Shown here in pieces: positions 11,970 to 22,297 of a stretch of 49,247 nt of DNA. The position numbers and the translations under genes are program-made. Origin of the DNA: Actinomycetales bacterium (GTDB lineage: Bacteria; Actinomycetota; Actinomycetes; Actinomycetales; CAWJMD01). The stretch's first letter is position 1; each line of letters begins with the position of its first letter. Under the pieces are notes generated by a model, which searched no databases, was not told where the DNA came from, and saw nothing but the letters and a program-made list of their open reading frames with translations. The stretch spans positions 1-49,247 of the forward strand of contig JBBQSN010000002.1 in NCBI GenBank assembly GCA_038213835.1, written 5' to 3'.

Positions 11970-12818
11970 GTGCAGCCGTCCTCCTACGTCCTGGCGCTGT
12001 CGTGCCCCGACCGCCCCGGGATCGTCCACGCCGTATCCGGCGTCCTCGCCGACGCCGGCGGCAACATCACCGAGAGCGGGCAGTTCTCCGACCCCGGGAC
12101 CGGTCGGTTCCTGATGCGGGTGCAGGCCGACGTCGCTCTGGACCAGGAGGACCTGCACGCGCGGTTCGCCCCCGTGGCCGAGGGGTTCGACATGACCTGG
12201 CGGCTGGACGTCCTCGGCCGACCGATGCGCACCCTGGTGATGGTCAGCCGCGAGGGGCACTGCCTCAACGACCTGCTGTTCCGCCAGCGGGCCGGGTTGC
12301 TCCCCGTCGAGGTGCCGGCCGTGGTGTCCAACCACGAGGACCTGCGCCCGCTCGCCGAGTTCTACCAGGTGCCGTTCCACCACCTCCCCGTGGTCGCCGG
12401 CGACAAGGCCGGCGCCGAGGCCGCCCTGCTGCGCCTCGTCGAGGAGGTCGACGCCGAGCTCGTGGTGCTGGCCCGCTACATGCAGGTGCTCTCCGACGAC
12501 CTGTGCCGCTCGCTGGCCGGTCGCGCGATCAACATCCACCACTCGTTCCTGCCGTCGTTCAAGGGCGCCCGGCCGTACCACCAGGCCCGCGAGCGCGGCG
12601 TGAAGCTGATCGGCGCCACCGCGCACTACGTCACCGCGGACCTCGACGAGGGCCCGATCATCGAGCAGGGTGTCGAGCGGGTGGACCACACCATGGACGT
12701 CCCCGCGCTGCGGGCGATGGGCCAGGACATCGAGGCGCAGGTGCTCGCCCGGGCGGTGCGCTGGCACGCCGAGCACCGGGTGCTGCTGGACGGCACCCGC
12801 ACCGTCGTCTTCCGCTGA
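11970..12818 (+). CDS. purU: formyltetrahydrofolate deformylase
   Basis: N-terminal ACT domain (YVLALSCPDRPGIVHAVSGVLADAGGNI) plus a formyltransferase domain (INIHHSFLPSFKGARPY, ATAHYVT.DLDEGPII). GTG 11970 is preferred over GTG 11907 because the latter would overlap the riboswitch. Confidence 0.9.
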   Translation: MQPSSYVLALSCPDRPGIVHAVSGVLADAGGNITESGQFSDPGTGRFLMRVQADVALDQEDLHARFAPVAEGFDMTWRLDVLGRPMRTLVMVSREGHCLNDLLFRQRAGLLPVEVPAVVSNHEDLRPLAEFYQVPFHHLPVVAGDKAGAEAALLRLVEEVDAELVVLARYMQVLSDDLCRSLAGRAINIHHSFLPSFKGARPYHQARERGVKLIGATAHYVTADLDEGPIIEQGVERVDHTMDVPALRAMGQDIEAQVLARAVRWHAEHRVLLDGTRTVVFR

Positions 12819-12855
12819 GGGGAATGCCGCGCCGCTGCCCCGCGCTGGCCCCGGT

Positions 12856-13692
12856 ATGAGCATCCCGTTCACGACAACCGTCCGCGGCGTCACCGTCCCC
12901 ACCCTGGGCTTCGGCACCTGGGAGGTCGAGGGCGATGACGCCGTCGAGGGCGTCCGAGACGCGTTGGTCGCCGGCTATCGCCACGTCGACACCGCCTTCG
13001 CCTACGGCAACGAGGACCAGGTCGGCGAGGGCATCGCCGCCTCCGGCGTCCCTCGCGACGACATCTGGCTCACCACCAAGGTGATCCAGGACGAGTTCGA
13101 GCCGGACCAGGTGCGGTTCAGCGCCGAACGCTCGCTGCGCGCGCTGCGCACCGACCACCTCGACCTGCTGCTGCTGCACTGGCCGGTCGGCGGCGACCAG
13201 GTGGTGGTCGACGCGCTGGGCGCCCTCGTCGGGCTGCGTGAGCAGGGCTCGGTGCGCGAGATCGGCGTCTGCAACGTCCCGGCGAGCATGCTCGGACGGC
13301 TGCACGACGCGGTGCCGCAGCTGTTCGCCGACCAGGTGGAGTTCCACGCCCAGCTCGGCGCCGACCGGCTGCTCGAGGCGGCCCGGGTCCGAGAGGTGCT
13401 GGTCACCGCGTACAGCCCGCTCGGGAACGGCAAGGGCATCATCGAGGCCGACGTCGTGCAGGAGGTCGCGGCCGCCCGCGGCGCCACCCCCGCCCAGGTC
13501 GCGATCGCCTACCTGGCCCGGCAGGACGGCGTCACGGTGCTGCCGCGCTCGACCCACCCCGACCGCCGCCGGGAGAACCTCGCCGCGCTCGAGGTCGACC
13601 TCACCGCCGACGACGTCGCCGCGCTGGACACCCTGGCCGCCACCGGCCGTCGCGTGGTCGACCCGCCGTGGTCCCCCGACTGGGAGGACTGA
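12856..13692 (+). CDS. aldo/keto reductase
   Basis: LGFGTW, GYRHVDTAFAYGNE, LTTKV and LDLLLLHWP motifs. ATG 12856 is in frame with ORF 12670..13692. Confidence 0.9.
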   Translation: MSIPFTTTVRGVTVPTLGFGTWEVEGDDAVEGVRDALVAGYRHVDTAFAYGNEDQVGEGIAASGVPRDDIWLTTKVIQDEFEPDQVRFSAERSLRALRTDHLDLLLLHWPVGGDQVVVDALGALVGLREQGSVREIGVCNVPASMLGRLHDAVPQLFADQVEFHAQLGADRLLEAARVREVLVTAYSPLGNGKGIIEADVVQEVAAARGATPAQVAIAYLARQDGVTVLPRSTHPDRRRENLAALEVDLTADDVAALDTLAATGRRVVDPPWSPDWED

Positions 13693-13738
13693 ACCCCCTG
13701 TCCCACCCCGGTTGCGGCGAGGTGCCAGGGTGGGATGC

Positions 13739-14968
13739 ATGTCATCGCGAACGGTCTTCAGTGGCGGGGTGCTGTTCGACGGCACCGGTTTCGAGGAGGG
13801 CGACCTCGTCGTGCAGGACGGCCGGGTGGTCGACGTCGGCCGTGGCCTGGACGGCGACGAGCAGGTCGACTGCACCGGCCGCACGCTGACGCCGGGGATC
13901 GTCGACTGCCACGTGCACGCGATGTTCTCCGGCATCGACGTCCTCAAGCAGATCCAGAACCCGTTCTCGTACCCGTTCTACGAGGCCGCCCGCAACCTCG
14001 GCGCCACCCTTCGCACCGGGGTCACCACGGTGCGCGACGCCGGCGGCTCCGACGCCGGGCTGCGCAAGGCCGTCAAGGACGGTCTGGTCACCGGCCCGCG
14101 GATGCAGATCGCGATCACGATCCTGTCCCAGACCGGCGGTCACGGGGACGACTGGATGCCCTGCGGCGTCGGAGTCCCCTTCCTCGTGACCCACCCGGGG
14201 ATGCCGTCCGGCGTGGTCGACGGCGTGGACCCGATGCGCCGCAAGACCCGCGAGATCCTGCGGGCCGGTGCCGACGTCATCAAGGTCTGCACGACCGGAG
14301 GGGTGCTCTCGGCGGCCGACGACCCGCGGCACTCGCAGTTCTCCCCCGCCGAGCTCGCCGTGCTGGTCGAGGAGGCGAACGCCCAGCACAAGCCGGTGAT
14401 GGCGCACGCCCAGGGCGCCGAGGGGATCAAGAACGCCGTGCGCGCCGGCATCCGCTCGATCGAGCACGGCATCTACCTCGATCCCGAGGGCATCGACCTG
14501 ATGCTGGAGAGCGGCACCTGGCTGGTGCCGACCCTGGTGGCCCCGCGGGCGGTCATCGCCGCCGCGGCAGCCGGCGCCGCCATCCCCGCCACCATGGTGG
14601 CCAAGGCGGTCGCGACGGCCGCGATCCACACCGACGCGATCACCGCCGCCGCGGCCGCGGGGGTGAAGATCGCGATGGGCACCGACTCCGGCGTCGGCCC
14701 GCACGGCTTCAACCTCGACGAGCTCGGCCTCATGGTCGGCTGCGGGATGAGTGCGGAACGGGCGTTCGCCGCGTCCACCACCAGCGCTGCCCAGCTGCTC
14801 GGCCTGGGTGATGAGATCGGCCGTCTCGCAACGGGTTTCGCGGCGGATCTCGTGCTCTTCGACGGCGACCTGCGCGGCCACCACCTCGCCGACCTGGGCG
14901 ACCGGCTGCGGGGCGTCTGGCAGGCCGGCTTCCCGGTCCAGGGCGTCCCCGCGCAGCCCGCCGCCTGA
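13739..14968 (+). CDS. amidohydrolase-family protein (metal-dependent hydrolase)
   Basis: GIVDCHVHA metal-binding HxH motif, VMAHAQG, SIEHG and GTDSG (Asp ligand). ATG 13739 is in frame with ORF 13238..14968. Confidence 0.85.
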   Translation: MSSRTVFSGGVLFDGTGFEEGDLVVQDGRVVDVGRGLDGDEQVDCTGRTLTPGIVDCHVHAMFSGIDVLKQIQNPFSYPFYEAARNLGATLRTGVTTVRDAGGSDAGLRKAVKDGLVTGPRMQIAITILSQTGGHGDDWMPCGVGVPFLVTHPGMPSGVVDGVDPMRRKTREILRAGADVIKVCTTGGVLSAADDPRHSQFSPAELAVLVEEANAQHKPVMAHAQGAEGIKNAVRAGIRSIEHGIYLDPEGIDLMLESGTWLVPTLVAPRAVIAAAAAGAAIPATMVAKAVATAAIHTDAITAAAAAGVKIAMGTDSGVGPHGFNLDELGLMVGCGMSAERAFAASTTSAAQLLGLGDEIGRLATGFAADLVLFDGDLRGHHLADLGDRLRGVWQAGFPVQGVPAQPAA

Positions 14969-14972
14969 CCGG

Positions 14973-15590
14973 TCAGACGGGTCGGCGCGCCGCCCTCGCC
15001 GACAGCACCACGACGAGCGGCCAACAGGCCTGCGCTGCGGCGGCCACGCGCTCGGCCAGGCCGACGCGGTCGCCGCCGAGCTCGACGGCGAACCACGCCA
15101 GGGTGCCGAGCAGGGCGATGGACGCCCCGGCCACGGCCGGCGTGCGCAGCCCCCAGGGCAGCGAGCGGTCGGCGCGACGGCCGCGGGCGAGCCGCTCGGC
15201 CAGGGGCCAGGTGCCGAGCAGCCCGAACGCCGCGGACGCGGCGAGGACGTGCAATGGCGCCCCGCCCTCGGATCCCCCCGCCGGCAGCGGGAACACCGCG
15301 ACCGCGGCCGTGGCGAGGCCGCCCGCCGCGTACCACCAGCGTCCCGGCACCGATGCCCGGCGCAGCGCCAGGGCCGTCACCGCGTGGCACAGCCCGGTGC
15401 CGGCGATCGCGGCCGTCATCACCCAGCGCTGGTCGGCGTCGAGCGCCGCGAGCGCGCTGATCGTCCCGGAGACCTGGTCGAACCCGCTCTCCTGCGACGC
15501 GGCGGCCAGGGTCCACCCCCCGATCAGCAGCACCGGCGCAGCCACGGCGCTCAGCACTCCCCACCCCGGTACCTCGCTCGGCTCGCTCAC
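14973..15590 (-). CDS. DUF998-like integral membrane protein
   Basis: Six or so hydrophobic segments, with the SGTISALA motif typical of DUF998. The GTG start overlaps the stop of the upstream phosphatase gene (GTGA). Confidence 0.65.
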   Translation of the reverse strand: MSEPSEVPGWGVLSAVAAPVLLIGGWTLAAASQESGFDQVSGTISALAALDADQRWVMTAAIAGTGLCHAVTALALRRASVPGRWWYAAGGLATAAVAVFPLPAGGSEGGAPLHVLAASAAFGLLGTWPLAERLARGRRADRSLPWGLRTPAVAGASIALLGTLAWFAVELGGDRVGLAERVAAAAQACWPLVVVLSARAARRPV

Positions 15591-17374
15591 GGCTCGTCAC
15601 CCTCCCCCCACGGTCCGGCGGGTCCGGGCACCCGGATCACGAGCACCGCGATGTCGTCGGCGGCGTCGTCGCGCTGGAAGGCCAGGACGTTGTCGGCCAC
15701 GCACCCGGCGAGACCCTCGGCGTCCAACCCGCGGACCCACTCCAGCAGCTCGACCAGCCGCTGCTCGCCGAACAGGCCGGTCTCGCCGCGCGCCTCGGTG
15801 ACCCCGTCGGTGAAGAGCACGAGCGCGTCGTCGGGACCGAGGCGCAGCGTCTCGTCGGCGTGCTCGACGTCGGCGAAGAGCCCGATCGCCCCGCCCGGGA
15901 CCCCGACGGCCCGCACCGGTCCCGTGCGTGGCACCAGCAACGGTTGCGCGTGCCCCCCGAGGGCCAGCACCACCTCGACGACGCCGTCCTCGCCCGGCGC
16001 CATGACGCCCGTGGCCACGGTCAGGTAGGTCTCGTCCTCGGTCTCGTCGACCATGTGACGGTTCAGGCCGGCCAGGGCAGTGGACGGCGGCTGACCCGGC
16101 ACCGACAAGGCCCGCAGCGTGTACCGCGCCATCGCCGTGATCGCTGCCGACGACGCCCCCTTGCCGCTGACGTCACCGATCGCGAACGCCCACCCGTCGC
16201 CCAGTGCGTGCACGTCGTAGAAGTCGCCGCCCACCTCGCGCCCGGCGCCCGCCGGCCGGTACACCGCGCCGAGCTCGACACCGGGGATCCTCGGCAGCGC
16301 GCGCGGGCGCAGCGACCGGCTGAGCGTGGCCGCCACCCGGGCCTGGTCGGCCAAGGCTCGGTCGCGCCGCAGCTCCTCGGCCCGGCGCCGGGTCACGTCG
16401 CGCACCACCAGCAGACGCCCGCCCGCGTGGCCGCGCGAGTCCGGCAGGTCGCTGACCTGGATCTCCAGGTCGAGCCCGCGCGAGTCGGTGACGAAGCGGG
16501 TCTCGTGCACGCCGTCGTGCCCCTGCGCGGCGGCGAGCAGCCCGTCGGGCAGGTCACGGCCGCGCCAGCCGGTGCGCCAGCCGAGCAGCTCGAGCGCGGC
16601 CGGGTTGGCCTCGACGACCCGGCACTCGTCGTCCAGGACGAGGACTCCCTCCCTCATCCCCCGCACCACGGTGCCGAAGGCGATCGGGGCGAGCCCCAGC
16701 AGCCGCCGCTCCAGCAGCGCCCGGGCGAGCACCGCGGCCGAGACCGTGAACGCGATCGGGGTGAGGTCGACCGACGCGAACGGACCGAGGCCGAAGTTGA
16801 ACCCCAGGTTCACCGCGAACGGCAGCAGGGCCGCCGCCACGAGCGTCCACGCCTCCGTCTGGTAGTACCGGGCTCGCCGTAGCAGGCTCGTGACGAAGAC
16901 GACCACCGAGCCGACCAGCAGCAGGTTCGCGTAGGCCAGGTGGAACCAGAACAGCGGGCCGGACAGCGCCAGCGCCGGCGCGTTCGGGTCGCCGGCAGGG
17001 TCGATGCTGCGGATCAGGTCGTGGGTCGCGGGGACGGCGAGGAGGGAGAGCACGACGACCGGCTCGATCGCCAGCAGCACCAGCAGGCGCGGGGTGAGCA
17101 GCCGACCGCGTCCCGTCCAGCACAGCACGAAGGCGATGAAGGACGGGACGAGCAGGCTGATGCCCACGTACTTGGCGTCACCCCACCGCAGCGAGGCCGC
17201 ACCCGTGGTGAACAGCTCTCCCGAGTAGGCGAGGCTCCACAGCGCGGTCGCCACGAGCTGGGCCGACAGGGCGGTGCCCGCGCCGCCGCGGCGGCGGGAC
17301 CAGACGAACGAGGCCAGCAGGAGGGAGAGCACCGCGTTGACCACGAAGATGGTACCGATGACGGTGACCGCCAC
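15587..17374 (-). CDS. membrane sensor PP2C/SpoIIE-family protein phosphatase (7TM N-domain - PAS - PP2C)
   Basis: The N-terminal ~230 aa contain about 7 TM helices. A PAS-like segment follows (LVLDDECRVVEANPAALELLG). The C-terminal PP2C/SpoIIE domain shows GGDFYD, FAIGDVSGKG and LFTDGVTEA. Confidence 0.85.
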   Translation of the reverse strand: MAVTVIGTIFVVNAVLSLLLASFVWSRRRGGAGTALSAQLVATALWSLAYSGELFTTGAASLRWGDAKYVGISLLVPSFIAFVLCWTGRGRLLTPRLLVLLAIEPVVVLSLLAVPATHDLIRSIDPAGDPNAPALALSGPLFWFHLAYANLLLVGSVVVFVTSLLRRARYYQTEAWTLVAAALLPFAVNLGFNFGLGPFASVDLTPIAFTVSAAVLARALLERRLLGLAPIAFGTVVRGMREGVLVLDDECRVVEANPAALELLGWRTGWRGRDLPDGLLAAAQGHDGVHETRFVTDSRGLDLEIQVSDLPDSRGHAGGRLLVVRDVTRRRAEELRRDRALADQARVAATLSRSLRPRALPRIPGVELGAVYRPAGAGREVGGDFYDVHALGDGWAFAIGDVSGKGASSAAITAMARYTLRALSVPGQPPSTALAGLNRHMVDETEDETYLTVATGVMAPGEDGVVEVVLALGGHAQPLLVPRTGPVRAVGVPGGAIGLFADVEHADETLRLGPDDALVLFTDGVTEARGETGLFGEQRLVELLEWVRGLDAEGLAGCVADNVLAFQRDDAADDIAVLVIRVPGPAGPWGEGDEP

Positions 17375-17520
17375 GCGCCCACCTCCCCGCCCGGGCGCCT
17401 GTCGGGCGCGCTCGGCCCATCCTCCCGGAACCCGGTGGTCCCGCGCGCCCGTTTCACCCCGACGGCGCGCACCCGTTCACCCGCCCGGGGCGCGCAGATC
17501 GCGCCGCGTAGGTTGCGGGG

Positions 17521-19554
17521 ATGCGTCCGGACGACCTGCCCCTGCTCCGCACCGCCTCCGCGCCGTCGCTGACCCCGGACGGAGCGATCGCCGTCGTGGC
17601 GGTCCAGCGTCTCAGCACCGATACGGACCGGTACCCCTCGTCGCTGTGGGCCGTGCCCACCGACGGCTCCCCCTCGCGGCGGCTCACGTCCGGCCCCGGC
17701 GACAGCGCCCCGACGGTCTCCCCCGACGGCCGGCTCGTCGCGTTCCTGCGCGCGCCCGACAAGGGTGCCCCGCAGCTGACCGTCGTCGGGCTGCACGGCG
17801 GCGAGCCGGTCGTGATCACCGACCACAGGACCGGCGCGGGTGCCGCCCGCTGGAGCCCGGACGGCACCCGGCTCGCCTACAGCACGCGGGTGCCCGAGGA
17901 GGGCCGGTACGGCACGAGCGAGGACGTCGGGCCGGACGCCGAGCCGCCGCGGCTGGTGACCGGCAACCGCTACAGGATCGACGGCCTGGGGTACACGGGC
18001 GACCGCCGCCAGCACCTCTTCGTGCTCGACCTCACCACGGTGCTGGACACCCTCGACGACCCGACCGCCGAGCTGGCGACCCTCCCCCTCGTGCCGCACC
18101 AGGTCACCGACGGCGACGTCGACGACGCCGCCCCGGCATGGAGCCCGGACGGCCGCTGGCTGGCGTTCGTCTCCGACCGGCACGACAGCCGTGACGACGA
18201 CCTGCGCTCCGGGGTCTACCGGGTCTCGGCCGACGGTGGCGAGGTGCACCCGGTGGCCACCGGTGACCTGTCGGTCGACCAGGTGGAGTGGGTCGGAGAT
18301 GACCGGCTGCTGCTGGTGGCGGGCGACCTCGGCGCCGAGGGCCTCGCGTTCGTGGGCTCCACCCCCGGCCTGTTCCGGCTCGACCTCCCGCAGGACCTTC
18401 CCGGCCGGCCGGCCGGCCCGGTCGAGGGCGTCCGGCTGACCGACCTCGACACCGACCTCGGCGAACCCGGGTCGCGGATCGTCCTGGCCGGGGACCACGT
18501 GCTGCTCAGCACGCGCGACCGCGGCGCGGTCCGTCTCGTCCGGCTGCCCGTGGACGCGGAGCCGGGGACGGCACCCGAGGTGCTCGTGGACGGCAGGCGG
18601 CTGGTGCGCGGCGCCGCCGCCACGACCGACGGTTCCGTCGTCGCCGTCGTGGTCTCCTCGCCGGAGCGCTCCGGCGACCTCGGCGTGGTCGAGGACGGCG
18701 ACGTGCGGCTGCTGACCGACCTGTCGGAGCCGCTGCGCGCGACCGGCCGGGTGCAGCCCCTGCACGAGCGCGAGGCCACCGCCCCGGACGGCTACCCGGT
18801 GCACGGCTGGGTCGTGCTGCCCGACGCCGAGGTGCACGGCGATGGCCCGTACCCGGTGCTGCTGAACATCCACGGCGGCCCGTACGCGATGTACGGCTGG
18901 ACCCTGTTCGACGAGGCCCAGGTGTACGCCGGTGCCGGCTACGCCGTGGTGATGTGCAACCCTCGCGGCTCCGCCGGGTACGGGCGCGACCACGGCCTGG
19001 CCGTGCAGGGCGCCTTCGGGGAGCGGGACGCCGACGACGTCCTCGCCTTCCTCGACCACGTGCTGACCAACGACTCCCTGCACCTGGACGCCGCGCGCGT
19101 CGGCGTCATGGGCGGCTCGTACGGCGGCTACATGACCGCGCTGCTCACCACCCGCACGCAGCGGTTCGTGGCGGCGATCGTCGAGCGCGGGTACCTCGAT
19201 CCGGAGACGTTCGCCGGGTCGTCGGACATCGGCTGGTTCTTCCCCTCGCAGTACCACGGCACGGTCGAGGCGATGCGCGCCCAGGCGCCGATGACGCACG
19301 TGGAGCAGGTGCGCACCCCCACGCTGGTGATCCACTCCGAGGCTGACTGGCGCTGCCCGGTAGAGCAGGGCCAGCGCTGGTACGCCGCGCTGCGCCGCCA
19401 GGGCGTGGCGACCGAGCTGCTGCTGTTCCCCGGCGAGGGCCACGAGCTGACCCGGGCCGGACGTCCGAAGCACCGGCTCGCCCGGTTCGAGCACGTGCTG
19501 CGCTGGTGGGCCACGCACCTGCCGGTGGACCGAGCCGTTGACACGAACCGCTGA
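17521..19554 (+). CDS. S9-family serine peptidase (acylaminoacyl-peptidase/prolyl oligopeptidase-like)
   Basis: The N-terminal beta-propeller carries repeated SPDG motifs (SPDGRLVAF, SPDGTRLAY, SPDGRWLAF). The C-terminal alpha/beta hydrolase has nucleophile motif GGSYGGYM and later D/H residues (HSEADWRCP, GEGHEL). Confidence 0.9.
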   Translation: MRPDDLPLLRTASAPSLTPDGAIAVVAVQRLSTDTDRYPSSLWAVPTDGSPSRRLTSGPGDSAPTVSPDGRLVAFLRAPDKGAPQLTVVGLHGGEPVVITDHRTGAGAARWSPDGTRLAYSTRVPEEGRYGTSEDVGPDAEPPRLVTGNRYRIDGLGYTGDRRQHLFVLDLTTVLDTLDDPTAELATLPLVPHQVTDGDVDDAAPAWSPDGRWLAFVSDRHDSRDDDLRSGVYRVSADGGEVHPVATGDLSVDQVEWVGDDRLLLVAGDLGAEGLAFVGSTPGLFRLDLPQDLPGRPAGPVEGVRLTDLDTDLGEPGSRIVLAGDHVLLSTRDRGAVRLVRLPVDAEPGTAPEVLVDGRRLVRGAAATTDGSVVAVVVSSPERSGDLGVVEDGDVRLLTDLSEPLRATGRVQPLHEREATAPDGYPVHGWVVLPDAEVHGDGPYPVLLNIHGGPYAMYGWTLFDEAQVYAGAGYAVVMCNPRGSAGYGRDHGLAVQGAFGERDADDVLAFLDHVLTNDSLHLDAARVGVMGGSYGGYMTALLTTRTQRFVAAIVERGYLDPETFAGSSDIGWFFPSQYHGTVEAMRAQAPMTHVEQVRTPTLVIHSEADWRCPVEQGQRWYAALRRQGVATELLLFPGEGHELTRAGRPKHRLARFEHVLRWWATHLPVDRAVDTNR

Positions 19555-19580
19555 CGAGGCGTGCGGGGACGTCGAGAGCG

Positions 19581-21815
19581 TCAGCGGGTGAGGGCGGCCA
19601 GCACCTCGTTGAAGGTGGAGGACGGACGCATCACGGCGTCGACCTTGGCGCGGTCGGGCCGGTAGTAGCCGCCGATGTCGGCCGAGGAGCCCTGTACGGC
19701 GAGCAGCTCGGCGGTGATGGTCTCCTCGTTGTCGCCGAGCGCGTGGGCGACCTCGGTGAACGCTGCGGCCAGCTCCGGGTCGTCGGTCTGCTGCGCCAGC
19801 TCGCGGGCCCAGTACATGGCCAGGTAGAAGTGGCTGCCACGGTTGTCGATCTGACCGACCTTGCGTGCCGGAGAACGGTTCTCGTCGAGCAGCGTGCCGG
19901 TGGCGCGGTCCAGGGTGTCGGCCAGCACCTGGGTGCGGGCGTTGCCGGTGGTCTGCGCGAGGTGCTCGAAGCTGACCGCCAGGGCGAGGAACTCACCGAG
20001 GCTGTCCCAGCGCAGGTAGTTCTCCTTCACCAGCTGCTGGACGTGCTTGGGCGCCGAGCCACCGGCGCCCGTCTCGAACAGGCCACCGCCGTTGATGAGC
20101 GGGACGACCGACAGCATCTTCGCGCTGGTGCCGAGCTCGAGGATCGGGAACAGGTCGGTGAGGTAGTCGCGCAGCACGTTGCCGGTGACCGAGATGGTGT
20201 CCTCGCCGCGGCGGATCCGCTCCAGCGAGAACGCCATCGCCTCGGCCGGCGTCATGATCTCGATCGTCAGGCCGTCGGTGTCGTGCTCCGGCAGGTAGGC
20301 ACGCACCTTGGCGATCAGCTGGGCGTCGTGGGCGCGGTCGGCGTCGAGCCAGAACACGGCGGGGTCTCCGCTCGCGCGGGCCCGGGTCACGGCGAGCTTG
20401 ACCCAGTCGCGCACGGGGACGTCCTGGGTGCGGCACATCCGCCAGATGTCTCCCTCGGAGACCTCCTGCTCGAGCAGGGTGGCGCCGGAGCTGTCGACCA
20501 CCCGGACCGTTCCCGCAGAGGCGATCTCGAAGGTCTTGTCGTGGCTGCCGTACTCCTCGGCAGCGCGCGCCATCAGCCCGACGTTGGCCACCGACCCCAT
20601 CGTGGACGGGTCGAACGCTCCGTTCGCGCGGCAGTCGTCCAGGACGACCTGGTAGATGCCCGCGTAGCTGGAGTCGGGGATCACCGCGAGGGTGTCGGCC
20701 TCCGCGCCGTCCGGGCCCCACATGTGGCCGGAGGTGCGGATCATCGCGGGCATCGAGGCATCGACGATGACGTCGCTCGGCACGTGCAGGTTGGTGATGC
20801 CGCGGTCTGAGTCGACCATCGCCAGCGCCGGCCCGTCGGCCAGCTCGGCCTCGAACGAGGCCGTGATCGCGGCGCCTCCCTCCGCCTGGTCGAGGCCGGC
20901 GAGGATGCCGCCGAGGCCGTCGTTGGGGCTGAGACCGGCGGCCCTGAGCGCCGCGCCGTGCTCGGCGAAGGTCTGGGGGAAGAACGCCTTCACCACGTGG
21001 CCGAAGATGATGGGGTCGGAGACCTTCATCATCGTGGCCTTGAGGTGCACCGAGAACAGCACGTCCTCCTCCTTGGCCCGGGCGATCTGCGCCGTGAGGA
21101 ACTCGCGCAGGGCGGCGACCCGCAGCGCGGTGGCGTCGACGACGTCGCCGGCACCGACCGTCACGGCGTCCTTGAGCACCGTGGTGGTGCCGTCGGTCGC
21201 CTCGTGCTCGATCCGCAGCTCGCCGTCGGCCTCCACGACCGCGGAACGCTCGTTCGAGCGGAAGTCGTCGGCGCCCATGTGCGCGACGTTCGTGCGCGAG
21301 TCGGCCGACCACGCGCCCATCGAGTGCGGGTGGCTGCGGGCGTAGCTCTTCACCGACGCCGGGGCGCGGCGGTCCGAGTTGCCCTCGCGCAGCACCGGGT
21401 TGACTGCGCTGCCCTTGACCTTGTCGTACCGGGCGCGGACGTCCGACTCGTCGTCGGTGCCCGGGTCGTCCGGGTAGGCCGGCAGGTCGAAGCCCTGGCC
21501 CCTCAGCTCGGCGATCGCGGCCTTGAGCTGCGGTACCGAGGCCGACACGTTGGGCAGCTTGATGATGTTGGCCTCGGGCAGCTGCGCCAGCGCGCCGAGC
21601 TCGGCCAGGGCGTCCGGCACCTGCTGGTCGGCCGGCAGCCGGTCGGCGAAGGCACCGAGGATGCGGCCCGACAGCGAGATGTCCGGCGAGTCCACCCGCA
21701 CGCCCGCCGTCGACGCGTAGGCCGAGACGATCGGTAGTAACGAGTGCGTCGCCAGCGCAGGCGCCTCGTCCGTGTAGGTCCAGAGGATCCGACCATCGTG
21801 CGTGGCGTCGCTCAC
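19581..21815 (-). CDS. icd: NADP-dependent isocitrate dehydrogenase, monomeric type
   Basis: About 740 aa with [18 protein letters not shown] near the N-terminus, typical of monomeric IDH. GTG 21815 (GGAG 9 nt upstream) is preferred over the TTG 21854 used by the ORF track. Confidence 0.93.
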   Translation of the reverse strand: MSDATHDGRILWTYTDEAPALATHSLLPIVSAYASTAGVRVDSPDISLSGRILGAFADRLPADQQVPDALAELGALAQLPEANIIKLPNVSASVPQLKAAIAELRGQGFDLPAYPDDPGTDDESDVRARYDKVKGSAVNPVLREGNSDRRAPASVKSYARSHPHSMGAWSADSRTNVAHMGADDFRSNERSAVVEADGELRIEHEATDGTTTVLKDAVTVGAGDVVDATALRVAALREFLTAQIARAKEEDVLFSVHLKATMMKVSDPIIFGHVVKAFFPQTFAEHGAALRAAGLSPNDGLGGILAGLDQAEGGAAITASFEAELADGPALAMVDSDRGITNLHVPSDVIVDASMPAMIRTSGHMWGPDGAEADTLAVIPDSSYAGIYQVVLDDCRANGAFDPSTMGSVANVGLMARAAEEYGSHDKTFEIASAGTVRVVDSSGATLLEQEVSEGDIWRMCRTQDVPVRDWVKLAVTRARASGDPAVFWLDADRAHDAQLIAKVRAYLPEHDTDGLTIEIMTPAEAMAFSLERIRRGEDTISVTGNVLRDYLTDLFPILELGTSAKMLSVVPLINGGGLFETGAGGSAPKHVQQLVKENYLRWDSLGEFLALAVSFEHLAQTTGNARTQVLADTLDRATGTLLDENRSPARKVGQIDNRGSHFYLAMYWARELAQQTDDPELAAAFTEVAHALGDNEETITAELLAVQGSSADIGGYYRPDRAKVDAVMRPSSTFNEVLAALTR

Positions 21816-21949
21816 CAGGGTGCTCCGTTCGTCTCGAAAGTAGTTCGACGTCAAGATAACGGACCCGGCGATGGATGCCGGATCGCCGGTCCGACGCCTA
21901 CCGTGTGACCTGGATCCGGCAGCGGTGCCGGAGCGAGGGGGGTACTGAC

Positions 21950-22246
21950 GTGTTCCGCACCCTGGCCGACCGCCCGTGGATGCTGCTGATCCTGCTCGCC
22001 GGGATCGTCGTCGCGATCGTCACGGTGGTGGTCGTCGTCGCCATCAACGCGGGCGGCGCCCGCCGCCGGCCACGGCGACGGGGTGGGCCCGACACCGGTT
22101 ACTACTACGCCGCCGGCGGAGTCGGCTCCGCGGTCGGTGACTCCGGCTCGTCCGGGGACGACGGCCGTGGCTCCTCCTGCGGCGGCGGCTCCTCCTGCGG
22201 CGGCGGCTCGTCCTGCGGCGGGGGCGGCTGCGGCAGCAGCGGCTGA
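21950..22246 (+). CDS. small membrane-anchored Gly/Ser/Cys-rich peptide (candidate MNIO substrate, copy A)
   Basis: 98 aa from GTG 21950 (GAGGGGGG SD 8-10 nt upstream). The sequence is [82 protein letters not shown]. It has one TM helix, a poly-Arg patch and a 4-Cys Gly/Ser tail. Third-position GC is very high in this frame. Its architecture matches the peptide at 24649-24849. Confidence 0.6.
   Translation: MFRTLADRPWMLLILLAGIVVAIVTVVVVVAINAGGARRRPRRRGGPDTGYYYAAGGVGSAVGDSGSSGDDGRGSSCGGGSSCGGGSSCGGGGCGSSG
22169..22222 (+). repeat. 18-bp tandem repeat x3 encoding (GSSCGG)3
   Basis: GGCTCCTCCTGCGGCGGC occurs at 22169-22186 and 22187-22204 (identical), then GGCTCGTCCTGCGGCGGG at 22205-22222. 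It is in frame with the peptide CDS. Confidence 0.9.
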
Positions 22247-22297
22247 CCTGCGCTAGCGTCGGGATGCCCGACAGCCAGCCGTTCGAAGGGGAACCCG

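Noticed and set aside
17014-19518. Very long alternative-frame and antisense ORFs. Examples: 17014..19518(-), 786..2465(-), 9516..11852(+), 24716..27637(+), 30146..32872(+), 33733..36345(-), 44659..47181(+), 46358..48628(-), and the 5' part of 39835..43926(-).
   Set aside because: These are typical stop-codon-poor shadow frames of a >70% GC genome. The translations are dominated by Arg/Gly/Pro/Ala with no motifs, and each is fully covered by a recognisable gene in another frame.
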